Below are positions 1 through 9,478 of a DNA stretch of 64,000 bases, piece after piece; position 1 is the stretch's first letter, and every line of letters starts with the position of its first letter. The notes under the pieces were generated by a model, which did not search any database, had not been told where the DNA came from, and worked only from the letters and a program-made list of their open reading frames with translations. The DNA comes from Acidobacteriota bacterium. Lineage in GTDB: Bacteria > Acidobacteriota > UBA890 > WLXD01. A program made the translations under genes and the position numbers. Location: positions 5,600,001-5,664,000 of the forward strand of contig CBDFKD010000002.1 in assembly GCA_965248695.1 (NCBI GenBank), read 5' to 3'.

Positions 1-2168
1 ACTACCGGGCTGGTGAATTCGAAGGGCGTGAACACGTGGTCAATCGTGTCGTCGTAGTTGAAGAAGTTGCTGTCGTCCTTGTGGATATAGTCCAGGCCCG
101 CGACCCAGTTGTCGACGAACTCAAACTCGATACCGACATTGAAGACGTCGGTATGCAGCGAGTGCAAGTCCTCCGGGATCGGGAACTGTGGCGCATTCAG
201 CGAGTTCAGGTTTTCGGGTTGGAACGTCGCTGCCTGCAGCGCCAGCAGTTGGTCGGGGGTCGGGTTGTTCGGGTCGTAGTTGTCAGGGAAGAAACCGTCG
301 GGAATCGCGAAGCCGTACGACGCGTAGGGTGCGAAATCGGGTGCGCGAAAAGCGCCGCCGCTGGCTCTCGAGACGTGTCCGATGGCTACCTTCTCGAAGT
401 AGCGGCCCCAGCTGCCATGCGCGACCAGGCGGCCGTCGCCGGCCAGATCCCAGGTACCACCAAGGCGTGGCGCCAAGTTGTAGTACTTCGTGATCAGCCC
501 CGATCCCGATGGAGCCCAGGGAGATCCGAACTCGGTCCGCTGACCGTCCCTCTGGTCGTAACCATTCGTCCGGTCGTAGCGCAGCCCGAGGTTGAGGGTG
601 ATGTTGTCGGTCGGGCTGGCGTTGTCCTGGATGAACGCCGAGCTGCGAACGATGTTGGCCTCGAGGCCAACGTCGTAGATCGACCCGTATACGTACGATC
701 CATAGGTAAACAGACCGCCTTGGCCGGTATAACCACTGATCCAGGCGGACCAGCTGTCGTTGTAGTCGATACCCACCTTGACGTCATGCGACGCACCCAG
801 GAAGTTATCGACATACTGGGTCAGCGTTGCCGTCACCTCTGTCCGGGCGTTGGTTTCGTCCTCCAGGAAGCCTCGGGTGATCCTCCTGAACCCGCTGTAC
901 CAGTAATCGGGTAGGTCGCAGCACACGAGCGGGAGGCGCAAGAAGGCGCCGCTGTAGCCTGCGAAGCGCAGATCGGTGAAGGTGTTGTCGCCGAGTTGGC
1001 TTTGCAAGCTGGCCAGCCAGGTCGTGGTGCGGTAGGTGGTGTCCATGGCGACGTGTAGCGGCGAGCCTGCTCGCAGATCCTTGTTGAACTCTCCGCCCGG
1101 ATCATGGTTGATCATGAAACCGAGCGTGTGGCGGTCGCTGAGCAGGAAATCCAGCCTGCCGTGCAAACGCCACCTGTCGTTGCGCTGCTGGGCATCTTCG
1201 ACGGCGATCCCACCGTCCAGCCAAACCTGGTCGGCGACGACGGAATCTTTCGTTTCCTGACGGGCGGCGCTGGCAAAGAAAAGCGCCTTGTTGCGCACGA
1301 TCGGGCCACCGACGGTGAGGGAAATGTCGCGGTCGTAGGAGAACTTTCCGCGCGCCTGATCCGGGTGGCGGTGGTTGTCGCTTCTCATACCGCCGTTCTG
1401 GAAGTAGAAGGAGCCCGTGCCATGAAACTCGTTGGTGCCCCCCTTGGTCACCATGTTGACCATGGCGCCCGTGAAGTTGCTGTACTCGGCACTAGCGCCG
1501 ACACCGACAATCTGGATCTCGGCGATCGCGTCTACGTTCGGGTTGACCCAGGTGCTGCCCCAGTCGCCCTCATTGACGTCAACGCCGTTGAGCCGGTAGC
1601 CATTGGTCGCGGCGCCCACGCGGTGCACGCTGGAGCCTTCGGAGTGGTTGCCACCGGCGCCGTAGGCACCCTTGTCGGCGAAGCCAGGGGCGAAGTTCGT
1701 GATCTCGGCGAACTCACGCGCCACCGGAATGTTGTCCAGCAGCTCCGCAGTGTAGCTCGTGTCGAGCGCTGACGACGTGATGTCGATCAACGGAGTTTCG
1801 GAGATCACGGTGACCGTCTCTGAGACCCCGGCCAGTTCCATCATTGCAGTGATGTTCGAGGTCGAGCCTACGTTCACCGGGACGTTATAGGCAACCGACT
1901 GGAACCCGGTCAGCGAGACCGTAACGAGGTACGTTCCCGGCCTGAGATTCCGAAACCGGAAAGTCCCACCGACGTCGGTTGTCTGGGTAAGAGATTCCTG
2001 GATGAGGTTGTCTCCCTCCACGGTGACGCTGACTCCGGGCAGCCCAGCACCATCGGCGTCTTGAACTTCTCCGGCGATGATTCCGGTAGCACGCGCGCCC
2101 TGCGCCATTACCTGCGCGGGGAGTACGAGGAGTAATGCGACGGTCAGAACCGCTAGCTTGGTGCGCAT
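1..2168 (-). CDS. TonB-dependent receptor (Oar/carboxypeptidase-regulatory-like N-terminus), 3' end truncated by window edge
   Basis: Absent from the ORF track because there is no stop in the window. Manual translation from ATG 2168 (RBS GGAGG): MRTKLAVLTVALLLVLPAQVMAQ...GLPGVSVTV...FRNLRPGTYLVTVSLTGF...VTKGGTNEFHG...LNLGLRYD...APRLGGTWD. Colinear with paralog 34571..37459. Confidence 0.9.
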   Translation of the reverse strand, partial: MRTKLAVLTVALLLVLPAQVMAQGARATGIIAGEVQDADGAGLPGVSVTVEGDNLIQESLTQTTDVGGTFRFRNLRPGTYLVTVSLTGFQSVAYNVPVNVGSTSNITAMMELAGVSETVTVISETPLIDITSSALDTSYTAELLDNIPVAREFAEITNFAPGFADKGAYGAGGNHSEGSSVHRVGAATNGYRLNGVDVNEGDWGSTWVNPNVDAIAEIQIVGVGASAEYSNFTGAMVNMVTKGGTNEFHGTGSFYFQNGGMRSDNHRHPDQARGKFSYDRDISLTVGGPIVRNKALFFASAARQETKDSVVADQVWLDGGIAVEDAQQRNDRWRLHGRLDFLLSDRHTLGFMINHDPGGEFNKDLRAGSPLHVAMDTTYRTTTWLASLQSQLGDNTFTDLRFAGYSGAFLRLPLVCCDLPDYWYSGFRRITRGFLEDETNARTEVTATLTQYVDNFLGASHDVKVGIDYNDSWSAWISGYTGQGGLFTYGSYVYGSIYDVGLEANIVRSSAFIQDNASPTDNITLNLGLRYDRTNGYDQRDGQRTEFGSPWAPSGSGLITKYYNLAPRLGGTWDLAGDGRLVAHGSWGRYFEKVAIGHVSRASGGAFRAPDFAPYASYGFAIPDGFFPDNYDPNNPTPDQLLALQAATFQPENLNSLNAPQFPIPEDLHSLHTDVFNVGIEFEFVDNWVAGLDYIHKDDSNFFNYDDTIDHVFTPFEFTSPV

Positions 2169-2232
2169 TCCACTTCCTCCTGGGGGGAGATGCCCGTCAT
2201 CCAAACGGACAATGCTTATGTGAACGTTTACG

Positions 2233-2249
2233 TGCAAAAAACGTGCCGA
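2233..2249 (-). promoter_or_regulatory. sigma54-type -24/-12 promoter for the TonB-dependent receptor
   Basis: Minus strand TCGGCACGTTTTTTGCA = GG-N10-GC, matching TGGCACG-N4-TTGCA except at the first base; about 65 nt upstream of the ATG. Confidence 0.65.
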
Positions 2250-2384
2250 TCGCCCTGTTCGCGGCGTCTCGGTCGGCACCGCGCTTGTGCAAACTCAATA
2301 TCTCCGGTCGCCAGACCCACTCTTACTGGGCGATTCCGTCTAATATCCCGAGCGGTCATTAATTGACTGGAAGGCGAACACAGC

Positions 2385-2423
2385 ACGAAACGGGAGGCGC
2401 TCTGCGGGTCCGCAGCGCCTCCG
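2385..2423 (-). terminator. GC-rich hairpin, possible intrinsic terminator
   Basis: GGAGGCGC..TGCG/CGCA..GCGCCTCC stem; only a weak T tract (GTTTCG) follows on the minus strand. Confidence 0.45.
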
Positions 2424-2426
2424 GGC

Positions 2427-2505
2427 GTCACTGAATCCAACTAGTTGGGTCACTCGATCCAATGATTTGGGCCCTGTTTCAATGATTTGATCCCTGCACT
2501 TCTAT
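2427..2505. repeat. Degenerate 20-22 bp tandem repeat array interrupted by the IS
   Basis: GTCACTGAATCCAACTAGTTGG / GTCACTCGATCCAATGATTTGG / GCCCTGTTTCAATGATTTGA / TCCCTGCAC; a related unit GCCCTTCGCAGTTGAATTTGACCTGC lies at 3781-3806 beyond the IS. Confidence 0.6.
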
Positions 2506-2539
2506 TGACCTGACCCCGCGGTTAGTACCATGTCTTATC

Positions 2540-3433
2540 TCAGTAACTCGGTGCTGACAAGAGGTTGTTGAGGCCGGCGAAGCGGAGCGCAGCCGGCTTC
2601 AACAACGTCGCTTCGGGTGCGGGCGGCCGATAGCTCAGCGAGCTGTGCGGTCGCATGCGGTTGTAGTGCTGACGCCATCTCTCGATCAGAACCTTTGCCT
2701 CCTTGAGCGTGTAGAAGATCTCTCCATCCAGCAGCTCGTCGCGTAGCTTGCCGTTGAAGCTCTCCACGTAACCGTTCTCCCACGGCGAGCCCGGCTCGAT
2801 GAACAGCGTCCCCACGCCCAACCGGCCCAGCCAGTCGCGAACCGCCTCGGCGGTGAACTCTGGTCCGTTATCCGACCGGATGTGCTCAGGTATGCCCCGG
2901 TGTACGAACAACCTCCCGAGCTGCTCCAGCACGTCCTCAGAGTTGAGCTTCCGTGCTACATGGATCGCCAGGCTTTCTCGTGTGTACTCATCGACGATCG
3001 TCAGCAGCCTCATAGCCCGACCGTCGTGCGTCCGGTGGTGCAGGAAGTCATACGCCCAGACATGATCCCGGTGCTGTGGGCGCAGCCGGATGCAGGAGCC
3101 ATCGCTCAGCCACAGCCGTGCTCGTTTGGGCTGTTTTCTCGGTACTTTCAGCCCTTCGCGCCGCCAGATACGCTGCACTCGTTTGTGGTTCACGGACCAG
3201 CCCTCCATGCGCAGCAACGCTGTCACCCTCCGATATCCGTAGCGCCCGTACTGTCGGGCTAAATCCACGATCCGCTCCGTCAAAATCTGCTCCTGTTGCG
3301 GCTCTCTTGGCACGTACCGGTGTGTCGTGCGTGGTTGTTTCAGTACCCGACACGCCCGCCTCTCCGAGACGCCCAGCCGCCCCCGTACATGTGCCACCGC
3401 CTCTCGCCGCCGAGCTGGGCTCAGAAGTTTCCC
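2540..3433 (-). CDS. IS3 transposase OrfB (DDE/rve), expressed by -1 frameshift from OrfA
   Basis: WAYDF...SDNGPEF...PWENGYVESFNGKLRDE...YNRMRPHSSL; overlaps the end of orfA in the -1 frame. Confidence 0.93.
   Translation of the reverse strand, partial: GKLLSPARRREAVAHVRGRLGVSERRACRVLKQPRTTHRYVPREPQQEQILTERIVDLARQYGRYGYRRVTALLRMEGWSVNHKRVQRIWRREGLKVPRKQPKRARLWLSDGSCIRLRPQHRDHVWAYDFLHHRTHDGRAMRLLTIVDEYTRESLAIHVARKLNSEDVLEQLGRLFVHRGIPEHIRSDNGPEFTAEAVRDWLGRLGVGTLFIEPGSPWENGYVESFNGKLRDELLDGEIFYTLKEAKVLIERWRQHYNRMRPHSSLSYRPPAPEATLLKPAALRFAGLNNLLSAPSY
3371..3433 (-). other. Programmed -1 ribosomal frameshift signal
   Basis: G GGA AAC heptamer (3433-3427), 6-nt spacer TTCTGA, then stem GCCCAGC...GCTGGGC. 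Confidence 0.8.
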
Positions 3434-3699
3434 TCCGCCACTTCCTTCAGGATCGACAGGTCGAGTTCCTTTTCCGCCACCAGCCTCTTGAGCCGGGCAT
3501 TCTCCTTCTCCAGTTGCTTGAGCTTTCTGGCCTGGTTGAGCTTCAGTCCGCCGTACTCTCGCCGCCACCGGTAGTAGGTGTGCTCGGTGATTGCTAGCTT
3601 GCGGCAGGCATCCTTGACCGTCGCCCCTCGAGCCAGCTCCACCTCAGCCTCCCGGAGCTTGCGTACGATCTGCTCGGCGCTGTGCCTCTTACTCGGCAT
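3421..3699 (-). CDS. IS3 transposase OrfA (HTH)
   Basis: MPSKRHSAEQIVRKLREAE...TYYRWRREYGG...LKQLEKENARLKRLVAE. Confidence 0.93.
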   Translation of the reverse strand: MPSKRHSAEQIVRKLREAEVELARGATVKDACRKLAITEHTYYRWRREYGGLKLNQARKLKQLEKENARLKRLVAEKELDLSILKEVAEGNF

Positions 3700-3824
3700 T
3701 CTGACCTCCCGTTCTTGACCCAGATCGTGAGATTACATCCGGATCCGTTTTCGGGGGTCAGGTCACTATCACCCGAGCCGGCCCTTCGCAGTTGAATTTG
3801 ACCTGCGTGAGCCTAGTCGCCGGT

Positions 3825-3882
3825 TTATTAGCACCGCGCCACGACCGCTGTCAATGAGCAGCAGCCGCACGAGGCGTGCCAA
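3825..3882 (-). promoter_or_regulatory. Candidate promoters pointing into the IS/repeat array: TTGACA-N15-TGC-TAATAA and a sigma54-like TTGGCACG-N4-GTGC
   Basis: TTGACA 3854-3849 and TGCTAATAA 3833-3825; GG-N10-GC at 3880-3867. The same TTGACA-N15-TGCTA architecture occurs at 37564-37535. Confidence 0.45.
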
Positions 3883-4043
3883 TTCACACGCAGCGGATGC
3901 CACGAATTCCCTCGAGCTTCCTCACACTTCCGTGTCGGCTGTGGACTCGGATCGCGGCGTGGAGCAGGCAGCGGATCCATGCTTGAATCATCCGGGTGGC
4001 TCGCCGGTAGCAAGCCAACGACTCGCGTACCGAAGGAGGGAGC

Positions 4044-5696
4044 GTGAAAAGGCGTGACTTCATCAAGCTCGGAGCAGCTGTCGGCGCCATCGCAAGTGGG
4101 CCAACTACGCCATCTGCGGCCGCGGAACAGCGCCCAATGACCGGATCCGAGGCCCACCTGTCAAGGGGTGGCCGCGACCTGGCGATCGTCAACGCCAAGA
4201 TCGTCACGATGGAGGCAGGACAGCCGGAAGCCGAAGCTGCCCTTGTTCGTGATGGTCGCCTGATCCTGGTGGGCGATACGAACGAGGTGCGCTCGCAGGC
4301 CGGGCGCGTACCGATCTTCGACGCCGCTGGGCGGACGGTCGTACCAGGATTCATCGATGCACACACCCACTTCGAGGTGGCCTGCACCGCCGAGGCCTAC
4401 ATGGCGAAGGTTCACACGCCGCCGCTCGGCAGCCTTCGAGAGGTCATCAACGTCTTGCGCGCCAAGACAGCCGAGACACCAGCGGGTGAATGGGTGATCG
4501 CTCGCGGCTCGTTCGCGCTCGAGCGGCGCGTCAGCGAGGGCCGGTTGCTAGATCGGCACGATCTCGACGCCATCACCGAGAACCACCCCTTGATCGTGTT
4601 CTCCGGACGCCACGTGTCGATGCTGAACACGAAGGCGATCCACACGATGGGGCTCTGGGACGCGGACTCGACGCCGCCGCCTGGAGCGATCGTTCATCGC
4701 GACGCCGCCGGCATACCGACCGGGACCGCGACCGAGCTCTACTATCTGCTGCCCGAGTATTCGATCGAACAGGTCAAGGCCGCCATCCGCCAGCACGTCG
4801 GTCCGATGTTCGTCGCCAACGGTACGACCTCCGTCTATACCGTCCCCTACTCCACCAGCGACATCACCGCCGACCTGGAGCTACAAGCAGCCGGCGAGCT
4901 GCCCCTGCGGGTGCGCATGTACTACCACGTGCCCCACATGATCTCGCTGCAGGGTTTTCTAGATACCGGTCTGGTCTCCGGCTTCGGCGACGACATGTTT
5001 CGATTGGGCGGTGTAAAGCTCTTCGTCGACGGGCTCGGCGGCAATGGTCTCGGGGAGCCGCTCGAAGACTTCAAGTGGACCCAGGAGGAGCTCGACGAGA
5101 TCGTGTTCCAGGCTCACACGCGGGACCACCAGGTGCTGATGCACGTGATCACGCCGGGGGCCGTTCATCGAGCCGCGACCGCCGTGGAGAAAGCCCTGCA
5201 ACGCGATCCCCGACCCCATCGTCACCGGCTCGAGCACGGTGGCAGTGTCGAGACCGTCGAGGAGATGCGCTGGCTGCGCGATCTGGGATTGCGTCTGGTC
5301 GTCACCCCCAGCCGTGGCCGGCCGGGACGTCGGACCCCGCGCTACCGCACGCTGGTGGATGAGGGACTCGAGATCATCGGCATCACCGATACCACCGGCA
5401 CCGTGCCGGGGTCCTCCGCCCCAATGCCGAAGATCGCGGCGGCGATGGTATCGGTCGATGAGGGCGGCGGGGCGCCCGTCGGAGAGACGCTGACCTTCGA
5501 AGAGGCCCTGCGTCTGTACACGCTGTGGGCGGCACGCGGTGGTCGGGAAGAAGCCGACAAGGGCTCGATCGCCGTCGGCAAGCTAGGCGACTTTGCGGTG
5601 CTCTCCGATGACCCCCGAGACCTTGCCGGTGAGGACCTGTTCGGAGTCCAAGCAGAGGCGACGATCCTCGGCGGCGAGGTCGTCTTCGAGCGCTAG
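4044..5696 (+). CDS. Tat-exported metal-dependent amidohydrolase (YtcJ/amidohydrolase_3-like)
   Basis: KRRDFIK Tat motif; PGFIDAHTH, GGVKLFVDG, RLEH, KGSIAVGKLGDFAVLS; GTG start with RBS GGAGG. Confidence 0.9.
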   Translation: MKRRDFIKLGAAVGAIASGPTTPSAAAEQRPMTGSEAHLSRGGRDLAIVNAKIVTMEAGQPEAEAALVRDGRLILVGDTNEVRSQAGRVPIFDAAGRTVVPGFIDAHTHFEVACTAEAYMAKVHTPPLGSLREVINVLRAKTAETPAGEWVIARGSFALERRVSEGRLLDRHDLDAITENHPLIVFSGRHVSMLNTKAIHTMGLWDADSTPPPGAIVHRDAAGIPTGTATELYYLLPEYSIEQVKAAIRQHVGPMFVANGTTSVYTVPYSTSDITADLELQAAGELPLRVRMYYHVPHMISLQGFLDTGLVSGFGDDMFRLGGVKLFVDGLGGNGLGEPLEDFKWTQEELDEIVFQAHTRDHQVLMHVITPGAVHRAATAVEKALQRDPRPHRHRLEHGGSVETVEEMRWLRDLGLRLVVTPSRGRPGRRTPRYRTLVDEGLEIIGITDTTGTVPGSSAPMPKIAAAMVSVDEGGGAPVGETLTFEEALRLYTLWAARGGREEADKGSIAVGKLGDFAVLSDDPRDLAGEDLFGVQAEATILGGEVVFER

Positions 5697-5737
5697 TGTC
5701 CTGTTAAACCGTAGGCAGGCTCCATGCCGGTAAACTT

Positions 5738-6790
5738 TCAATCCGGCTCGGGCAGAGAACCGAAGATGCTCTTGGGTAGCATCACGTGCACCCCGAGGCT
5801 ATCGTCGACGATCTGTGTCATGCGCAGGTAGGCGGCCATGCTGGCGAGCCGGTTCGCTTCGCCTGGAGTCAGCGACCGCGTCTCCACGAGGAAGTCGATC
5901 GCCTCCTGAACCGCGATCCGCGTGGCCGTCGCGAGGTCCGGGTCCGACCCCATGGCGATGAAATGGGTCGGTGTCTCGGCGCGCGGCCAGCGCAGATGCA
6001 AGTCCTTGCGGACGATCAGCTGCAGGCGGCCGCGCAGCGAGCTCTCCAGTGCCGTGCCCCCCAACTCGCCATCGCCCTGGGCGGCGTGACCGTCGCCGAC
6101 GGTGAGCAACGCACCCTCGACAAACACCGGCAAGAAAAGCGTCGTCCCGCCCACCAGCTCCTGGTTGTCGATATTGCCGCCAAAGTTGGCCGGTGGGTTG
6201 GTGCTCACGCGCCCGAGCTCCGGCGGCGGCGCCACCCCCAGAATGCCGAAGAACGGCCGCAGCGGGACGTCGACCCCATGCACCGGCGCGACCATGCGTT
6301 CCATATCGAAGCGGATGAGCTGACTGCGGGGCTCCTCGCAGTTCTCCGGCACGTAGGTCCAGGCCGGGCTGCAGGCGTGGTAGCCGTACGGGATCGCCAC
6401 CTCGACGTCGAGGATCCGTATCTCGAGGGCATCTCCTGGTTGTGCCCCCTCAACCCAGATCGGTCCGGTGACGATGTGGCCGCCGGGACCGCGGTCGGTG
6501 ACCTCCGCGTAGATGGCCCGCAAAGAATCCTGGATCTCCGAGGGCGCAGCACCCAGATCCTCGAGATTGTCCGGGCCGGAGGTGATCAGGCTGTCGACAT
6601 CGACGACATCACCCGACTCGACCCGCAATACCGGCGCCAGCCGCGCATCGAAATACCCCCAGGCAACGGTCTGCGGCGTTGCCTCGAGCCGATGCACGGT
6701 TCCGGATACCTGACTCGGACGGGTGCCGGGAGTAGCAACGACCGCACCAACGCATACGAGCAATCCCACCACCGTTAGCGTGATCCTCAT
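5738..6790 (-). CDS. Acetamidase/formamidase family protein with signal peptide
   Basis: GPGGHIVTGPIWVEGAQPGD, FGGNIDN, GDGHAAQGDGE. Start moved to MRITLTVVGLLVCVGAVVA. Confidence 0.9.
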   Translation of the reverse strand: MRITLTVVGLLVCVGAVVATPGTRPSQVSGTVHRLEATPQTVAWGYFDARLAPVLRVESGDVVDVDSLITSGPDNLEDLGAAPSEIQDSLRAIYAEVTDRGPGGHIVTGPIWVEGAQPGDALEIRILDVEVAIPYGYHACSPAWTYVPENCEEPRSQLIRFDMERMVAPVHGVDVPLRPFFGILGVAPPPELGRVSTNPPANFGGNIDNQELVGGTTLFLPVFVEGALLTVGDGHAAQGDGELGGTALESSLRGRLQLIVRKDLHLRWPRAETPTHFIAMGSDPDLATATRIAVQEAIDFLVETRSLTPGEANRLASMAAYLRMTQIVDDSLGVHVMLPKSIFGSLPEPD

Positions 6791-7017
6791 GAATATCCTC
6801 TCGACTGGTCTGTCATGGTCATTTTGTCCACTTGGCGATCCCGAACGCCGACGATCGGCGTTCGTCGCACCGCATCGCGCCAGGCTCACCGCTCGAATCA
6901 GATCTCCTGACAGGACGCTAGCGCCTGAGCACGCTACAGCGACCGGAGCGACGATTCCAGCGACCGTGTCTTCGTCTTCCGGTTCTGCCCGCCGTTCGTC
7001 TTGAGCAGCCCCACGCA

Positions 7018-7096
7018 TCAGTGGTTGAATCCAGGCGTCCCGGTACCGACCCCGCCAAGCACGTGACTCGACGGGCGGATCTGGGGAACCCTAGGG
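7018..7096 (+). repeat. Conserved upstream element, copy A
   Basis: TCAGTGGTTGAATCCAGGCGTCCCGGTACCGACCCCGCCAAGCACGTGACTCGAC...GGGGAACCCTAGGG; aligns with copies at 27.5, 27.7 and 34.4 kb. Confidence 0.7.
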
Positions 7097-7101
7097 TACA
7101 G

Positions 7102-8151
7102 ATGAACCTGAATCTCCGGAGCTCGCTGCCGCTCGGGCTGTGTGCCATGGCCACGGCAGCAGTCGCGTTATCGGCGGCGACGCTGTGGTCAACAGCGGCG
7201 GCGCAGAGCGGCGCGTCCGACGACGCTGCATGGCAGGTGCCCAGAACGCCGCACGGCCACCCGGATCTCCAGGGGAACTGGACCAACGCCACGCTTACCC
7301 CCCTCGAGCGCCCGGAAGGTCTGGAGCCCGTTCTCACCCCGGATCAGGTTGCGGAGATCGAGGAAACCCGTGATCCCAGCGGTCGCCCCGAGGTGTTGAC
7401 CGACACTGGCTATTGGAGGCGATTCGGAGACGAGGTGGAACTCGGCAAGGGCACCGCACCGAGCGAGGGCGGTGATCGCGTGGCGGTCGTGGATGGCGTG
7501 CCCATGAGCTCGCTGATCACGCATCCAGCGGATGGCCGAGTGCCCGGGCTGACGCCGGAGGGACAACGGCGGATCGATGAGCGCGCGGCGCTCAAGAGCC
7601 AGTTCGATTTTCGCGATCATCCCGAGCTGCTACCGCTGGAGGACCGCTGCCTCGTATCGTTCGGCTCCAACGCCGGGCCGCCGATACTTCCCAATTACTT
7701 CTACCTCAACAACTACACGATCGTGCAGAACGCCGATCACGTGATGATCATGACGGAGATGGTGCACGACGTTCGGATCATCCGGCTCGGCGAGCCCGCA
7801 CCGCTCCCGAGCGGCATCCGTCCGTGGTTCGGTGACTCGTGGGGTCGTTGGGAGGGGGACACGCTCGTTGTCGAGACCACCAACTTGAATCCCGATCACG
7901 CGCTCCGCCGTGTCCCTCCCTCTGAAGATCGCAAGGTGATCGAACGCTTCACCCGGGTGGCCGAAGAAACCATTCTGTACGAGTTCACGATCGATGACCT
8001 CACCATGTACGGAAGCGTCTGGGGAGGCCAGGTGCCGTTCGATCGACTCAACAATCGACTGTACGAGTATGCGTGTCACGAGGGGAACTACTCGATGTCG
8101 AGTACCCTGAGCGGCGCGCGCTATGAGGAGAGCAGCGAGGAGAACAGGTAG
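7102..8151 (+). CDS. Conserved secreted hypothetical protein
   Basis: Signal peptide ending AAA-Q; motifs PRTPHGHPDLQGNW, GDSWGRWEGDTLVVETTN and YEYACHEGN recognised as a widespread uncharacterised family. Start uncertain. Confidence 0.8.
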   Translation: MNLNLRSSLPLGLCAMATAAVALSAATLWSTAAAQSGASDDAAWQVPRTPHGHPDLQGNWTNATLTPLERPEGLEPVLTPDQVAEIEETRDPSGRPEVLTDTGYWRRFGDEVELGKGTAPSEGGDRVAVVDGVPMSSLITHPADGRVPGLTPEGQRRIDERAALKSQFDFRDHPELLPLEDRCLVSFGSNAGPPILPNYFYLNNYTIVQNADHVMIMTEMVHDVRIIRLGEPAPLPSGIRPWFGDSWGRWEGDTLVVETTNLNPDHALRRVPPSEDRKVIERFTRVAEETILYEFTIDDLTMYGSVWGGQVPFDRLNNRLYEYACHEGNYSMSSTLSGARYEESSEENR

Positions 8152-8224
8152 CCGGGCGGTAAGCGGAGGGGTCACCAAGGCCCGTCAAGCGGCCCGACAT
8201 CACTACCAACGTGGGAGCGGAGCC

Positions 8225-9478
8225 ATGTCGCCGCATGATCGACGCAAGTTCCTCAAGCTGACCGGGGCTGGTGCGCTGGCGTTGGCCGGCACCAAAGAAC
8301 TGCAGGCAGCGGCCGCCGCAGTGCAGACGTCCGGACCGGCGGCAGCATCAACCGCGGACGTGGCGGTCATCGGGGCGGGAGCGTTCGGCGGCTGGACGGC
8401 ACTTTACCTGCGCGAGATGGGGCACCGGGTCACGCTCATCGACGCGTACGGCGCCGGCAACGCGCGCGCGGCCTCCGGCGGGGAGAGCCGGCAGATCCGC
8501 ACCCAATACGGCGAGCGAGAGATCTACACCCGTTGGGTGGTGCAGGCATTCGACCGTTGGGAAGCGCGTCAGAGGGAGTGGGGTGGACGGCCGCTCTTCT
8601 ACCGCACCGGTCAGCTGACACTGGCGCGCGGATGGTCCGATTACCTGCGAGCCTCCAAGGTTGTGCTCGATCGACACGGGATCGATAACGAACTCGTGCC
8701 GGCCGACGAGCTGCCTCGGCGCTATCCGCAGTTCAACCACGAAGACGTCGAGTTCGGCTTCTACGTACCCAGCACCGGCGTCCTCATGGCGCGTCGTGCA
8801 TGCTTCGCGGTCGCGGGTGCCTTCGAGCGCGCCGGCGGCACGGTGGTCACCGCCAGGGCCAAGCCCGGTCGGCACGCCGGAGGCAAACTGCTGGAGCTCG
8901 AGCTATCGACCGGCGAGCCGGTGTCGGCCGACACGTTCGTCTTCGCGTGCGGGCCATGGCTGCCGAAGGTGTTTCCCTCCGTGATGAAGAACAAGCTCCA
9001 GACTCCGCGACGGATCACCTTCTGGTACGGCGTGCCGACCGACGACAACCGGTTCATCTACCCCAACTGTCCGACGTGGGACATACGGGGCGTCTACGGT
9101 TTCCCGAGCATCGAGGGCCGCGGCTGGAAGGTGGCACCCTATTTCGACAGCATCCCGTTCGATCCGGACACCGGCGAGCGGATCGTCACCGCCGAGGAGA
9201 TCGAGCAGGCGCGCCTGGTCGTGACCCGCGCCTTCCCTGCCCTCGCCGACCAGCCGGTGCTCGAGTCGCGAGTCTGCCAGTACGAGAACAGCATCGATAA
9301 CCACTTCATCGTCGATCGCCATCCAGAGATGGACAACGTATGGATCGTCGGCGGCGGCTCGGGCCACGGCTACAAGCACGGAATCATGATGGGCGACTAC
9401 GCGGCCCATCGTGTCGTCGGCGACGATCACAGCCCGGAGCTGGCCGACACGTTCAAGCTCAAGAAGGACACCTTCTGA
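8225..9478 (+). CDS. Tat-exported FAD-dependent oxidase, monomeric sarcosine oxidase / N-methyl amino acid oxidase-like
   Basis: DRRKFLK Tat motif; VIGAGAFG FAD motif; RVCQYENS (position of the covalent-flavin Cys); GGSGHGYK. Confidence 0.88.
   Translation: MSPHDRRKFLKLTGAGALALAGTKELQAAAAAVQTSGPAAASTADVAVIGAGAFGGWTALYLREMGHRVTLIDAYGAGNARAASGGESRQIRTQYGEREIYTRWVVQAFDRWEARQREWGGRPLFYRTGQLTLARGWSDYLRASKVVLDRHGIDNELVPADELPRRYPQFNHEDVEFGFYVPSTGVLMARRACFAVAGAFERAGGTVVTARAKPGRHAGGKLLELELSTGEPVSADTFVFACGPWLPKVFPSVMKNKLQTPRRITFWYGVPTDDNRFIYPNCPTWDIRGVYGFPSIEGRGWKVAPYFDSIPFDPDTGERIVTAEEIEQARLVVTRAFPALADQPVLESRVCQYENSIDNHFIVDRHPEMDNVWIVGGGSGHGYKHGIMMGDYAAHRVVGDDHSPELADTFKLKKDTF

Larger units (their letters stand above)
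2506..3765 (-). mobile_element. Complete IS3-family (IS407-like) insertion sequence, 1260 bp
   Basis: Terminal inverted repeats TGACCTGACCCC at 2506 and GGGGTCAGGTCA ending 3765; 4-bp target duplication CTAT (2502-2505, 3766-3769); orfA/orfB arrangement. Confidence 0.95.

Noticed and set aside
36-1772. Plus-strand ORFs 36..914 and 1104..1772
   Set aside because: Antisense shadows of the minus-strand TonB receptor, which has a clear paralog.
2440-2500. c-di-GMP-I riboswitch resemblance (CAGGG..CAAA..GAAA on the minus strand)
   Set aside because: The required P2/P3 pairings and GCAAA/tetraloop-receptor elements could not be found.
2427-2505. Possible CRISPR array
   Set aside because: Units are contiguous and degenerate with no spacers, and there are no cas genes.
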